Source: a virus. From it: DNA of 64,000 nt. Of the stretch, positions 62,453 through 64,000 are shown one piece after another. The notes beneath the pieces are model-generated. The model did not search any database. It had not been told where the DNA came from and saw only the letters and a program-made list of their open reading frames with translations. The DNA lies in IMG/VR virus record IMGVR_UViG_3300029554_000001; one strand, written 5' to 3'. The position numbers were made by a program, and so were the translations under genes. Each line of letters starts with the position of its first letter. The stretch's first letter is position 1.

Positions 62453-64000
62453 ATGGCTCAAAATCAATACGAAGTAGAAATAAAGCTTGGCTTGGACAAA
62501 AGTACTTAGCTTTTAGACCGAGAAATTGAGAAAATAGATAAAACACTTACTGATAAAATGAGTAAGTTGAATAAACAATTTGAAGAATCTATCAAAGGAT
62601 AGAATTTAACTGCACAAGAAAGATTCGCAAGAAGGTCAGATTTCTTACAAAAAAACAATAGTTCTACTTAGTCTTTACAGTCACAAAAAGAGACTCTTCT
62701 TAGTAAAAAAGCCCAAATTTCTAAAATGTCTGGTGAAATTTCCAATATTGGAAGTGTAAATAGTCAATTTGACACTATTGGAAAATATTTAGCCGAAAGA
62801 GTTGATTTTATTAAACAATTAGATTCTTGGATTGGGCAATATACTAAACAAATCACAGAATTTAAGCCTGTTATTGTTGCTGCCGAGCAACAAAAAGCCT
62901 ATCAACAAAAAATAAAGAAAGAAAGAGAAAAAGCAGCGAAAACAGGCAAAGTAGACTATAAAGCTGAAACCATGGCAAAAAGGAATTTAACTGAGGAATA
63001 GTATAATAAAGAAATTGATGCCATGAGTAAATATTATGAAGCTAACGCAAAAACTAATTAGGCGGAAGAAGATAAAATTACTCGACAGAAAGAGGCTCGT
63101 TTTGCTGAGGAAATGAAAAGGATTGTAACTTAGCAAAAGAAATCTAAAATGTCGGATACGGAGTTTGAGAAACGCCGTCCACAGATAGAAAAAGATGTCA
63201 AAGCATATGTAGATAAGACTCATGCTGGTGGCATAAAAACTTTAGCTGGTTCTGATAAATGGGGTCGAAAAATAGAAGTTAGAGGCTTCCAAGAAGGTTT
63301 TGTAAAAGATTCAGATGACCACTATGTTGATGCTAAAGGCCGTGTTGTAAAAGGTACTGACACTTCTGTTTTAAGAACTACTGCATTTGCTCCTTTTATT
63401 AATAAAGAAGGTGAGTATGTTTCCGCGACTAATTCTGAAGGGCGGCTTAAAAAGTCTATTAGAGTTTATGACCCACGTTTAGCAAATATAGGAAATGTTG
63501 GACAGGTTGGAGATTTAAGAAACCAAACCTATACAGGAATAGAAAATGCATATAATTCTTTGTTGAATCAGCTTAAGATTTTAGAAAGTGGTGGAAAACA
63601 AGGAACTGAGGAATACCAAAAGATTTCTCAACTAGCTTCTTTGATTCCTGAAGTGATTAAAGATGCTTATGCCAATACTTCTTCCAAGGAAATTAAAGCT
63701 GCTTTTGAAGAAGCTTTAACTGGAATGAAAAGTGGTATTACCTCTCTTGAATCTGAGGAGTCCTCGATTGGAGGAGCTTTATATAAAAATAGTGAACTTA
63801 GCGGTGTTTTAAGAGAGCAATTAAAATTAAAAGGTAAAGTATCTAAGATTCAACGGTGGGAAGTGGGGGAGTTACCTGAAATTCCCACACAAGATAAAAC
63901 TGATAGAACAGATGAAAAGCAAATAAAGAGAGACCAAATTAGTGCTAAACAGCAAGAAGTTATTGACCAAAAACATAAAGATGAACTTTGGCATTCAATA
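62453..64000 (+). CDS. large coiled-coil protein (possible tape measure), runs off the window
   Basis: RBS AAGGAGGAG. The frame is open to position 64000 once about 6 TAGs are read as sense. The sequence is K/E/Q-rich. Confidence 0.55.

Noticed and set aside
1-64000. TGA recoding (code 4 type)
   Set aside because: TGA closes many well-defined genes (RNA polymerase, terminase, proteasome-like protein, 25836..26423, endonuclease genes). I saw no domain interrupted by TGA.
1-64000. tRNA (including a CUA suppressor), rRNA, tmRNA and CRISPR arrays
   Set aside because: By eye I found no cloverleaf with a GTTCGAATC-type T-arm in the intergenic regions and no regularly spaced direct repeats. The GGTTCAACGAC matches all belong to group I intron cores. 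A suppressor tRNA may lie outside the window.

Overview
This window is an AT-rich (about two-thirds A+T by eye) segment of a tailed dsDNA phage genome. The host is probably Gram-positive: genes carry strong AAGGAGG-type ribosome-binding sites, three promoters fit TTGACA-17-TGnTATAAT, and the lysins are an amidase with SH3b repeats and a CHAP peptidase. Coordinates taken from the ORF track are firm; those I derived by hand (splice junctions, extended ends, small sites) may be off by a few nt. No tRNA, rRNA or CRISPR array was seen. Gene order: a leftward early-type module (1-4760); a rightward block with a nucleotidase, an RdRP/YonO-like RNA polymerase, HU and a CHAP lysin; terminase; tail fibres; lysis genes; a serine recombinase; portal, scaffold, capsid and tail tube; a 7.4-kb accessory block; and a large coiled-coil protein running off the right edge. 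Main observations: (1) TAG is read as a sense codon, almost certainly Gln. About 40 genes are intact only if TAG is translated, paralogues align TAG with CAA/CAG, and all genes end in TAA or TGA. (2) Six group I introns interrupt the RNA polymerase, large terminase (two introns), portal, major capsid and tail tube genes. Five carry homing endonuclease genes (LAGLIDADG, GIY-YIG, Vsr/EDxHD-like). The sixth has no ORF, follows a first exon of only 7 nt, and sits next to a free-standing LAGLIDADG gene. (3) A 6.3-kb segment holds two convergent blocks of paralogous tail-fibre-like cassettes. It is bracketed by a 16-bp site (7-bp palindromic arms around an asymmetric AA/TT centre) present in inverted orientation, about 1.5 kb from a small serine recombinase. 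I propose an invertible host-range switch. (4) A 7.4-kb block ending in a tyrosine recombinase gene is flanked by a 12-bp direct repeat and splits the tail module. I propose an integrated island. (5) That block contains a roughly 500-nt noncoding region with raised GC and many hairpins, which is a candidate large structured RNA.
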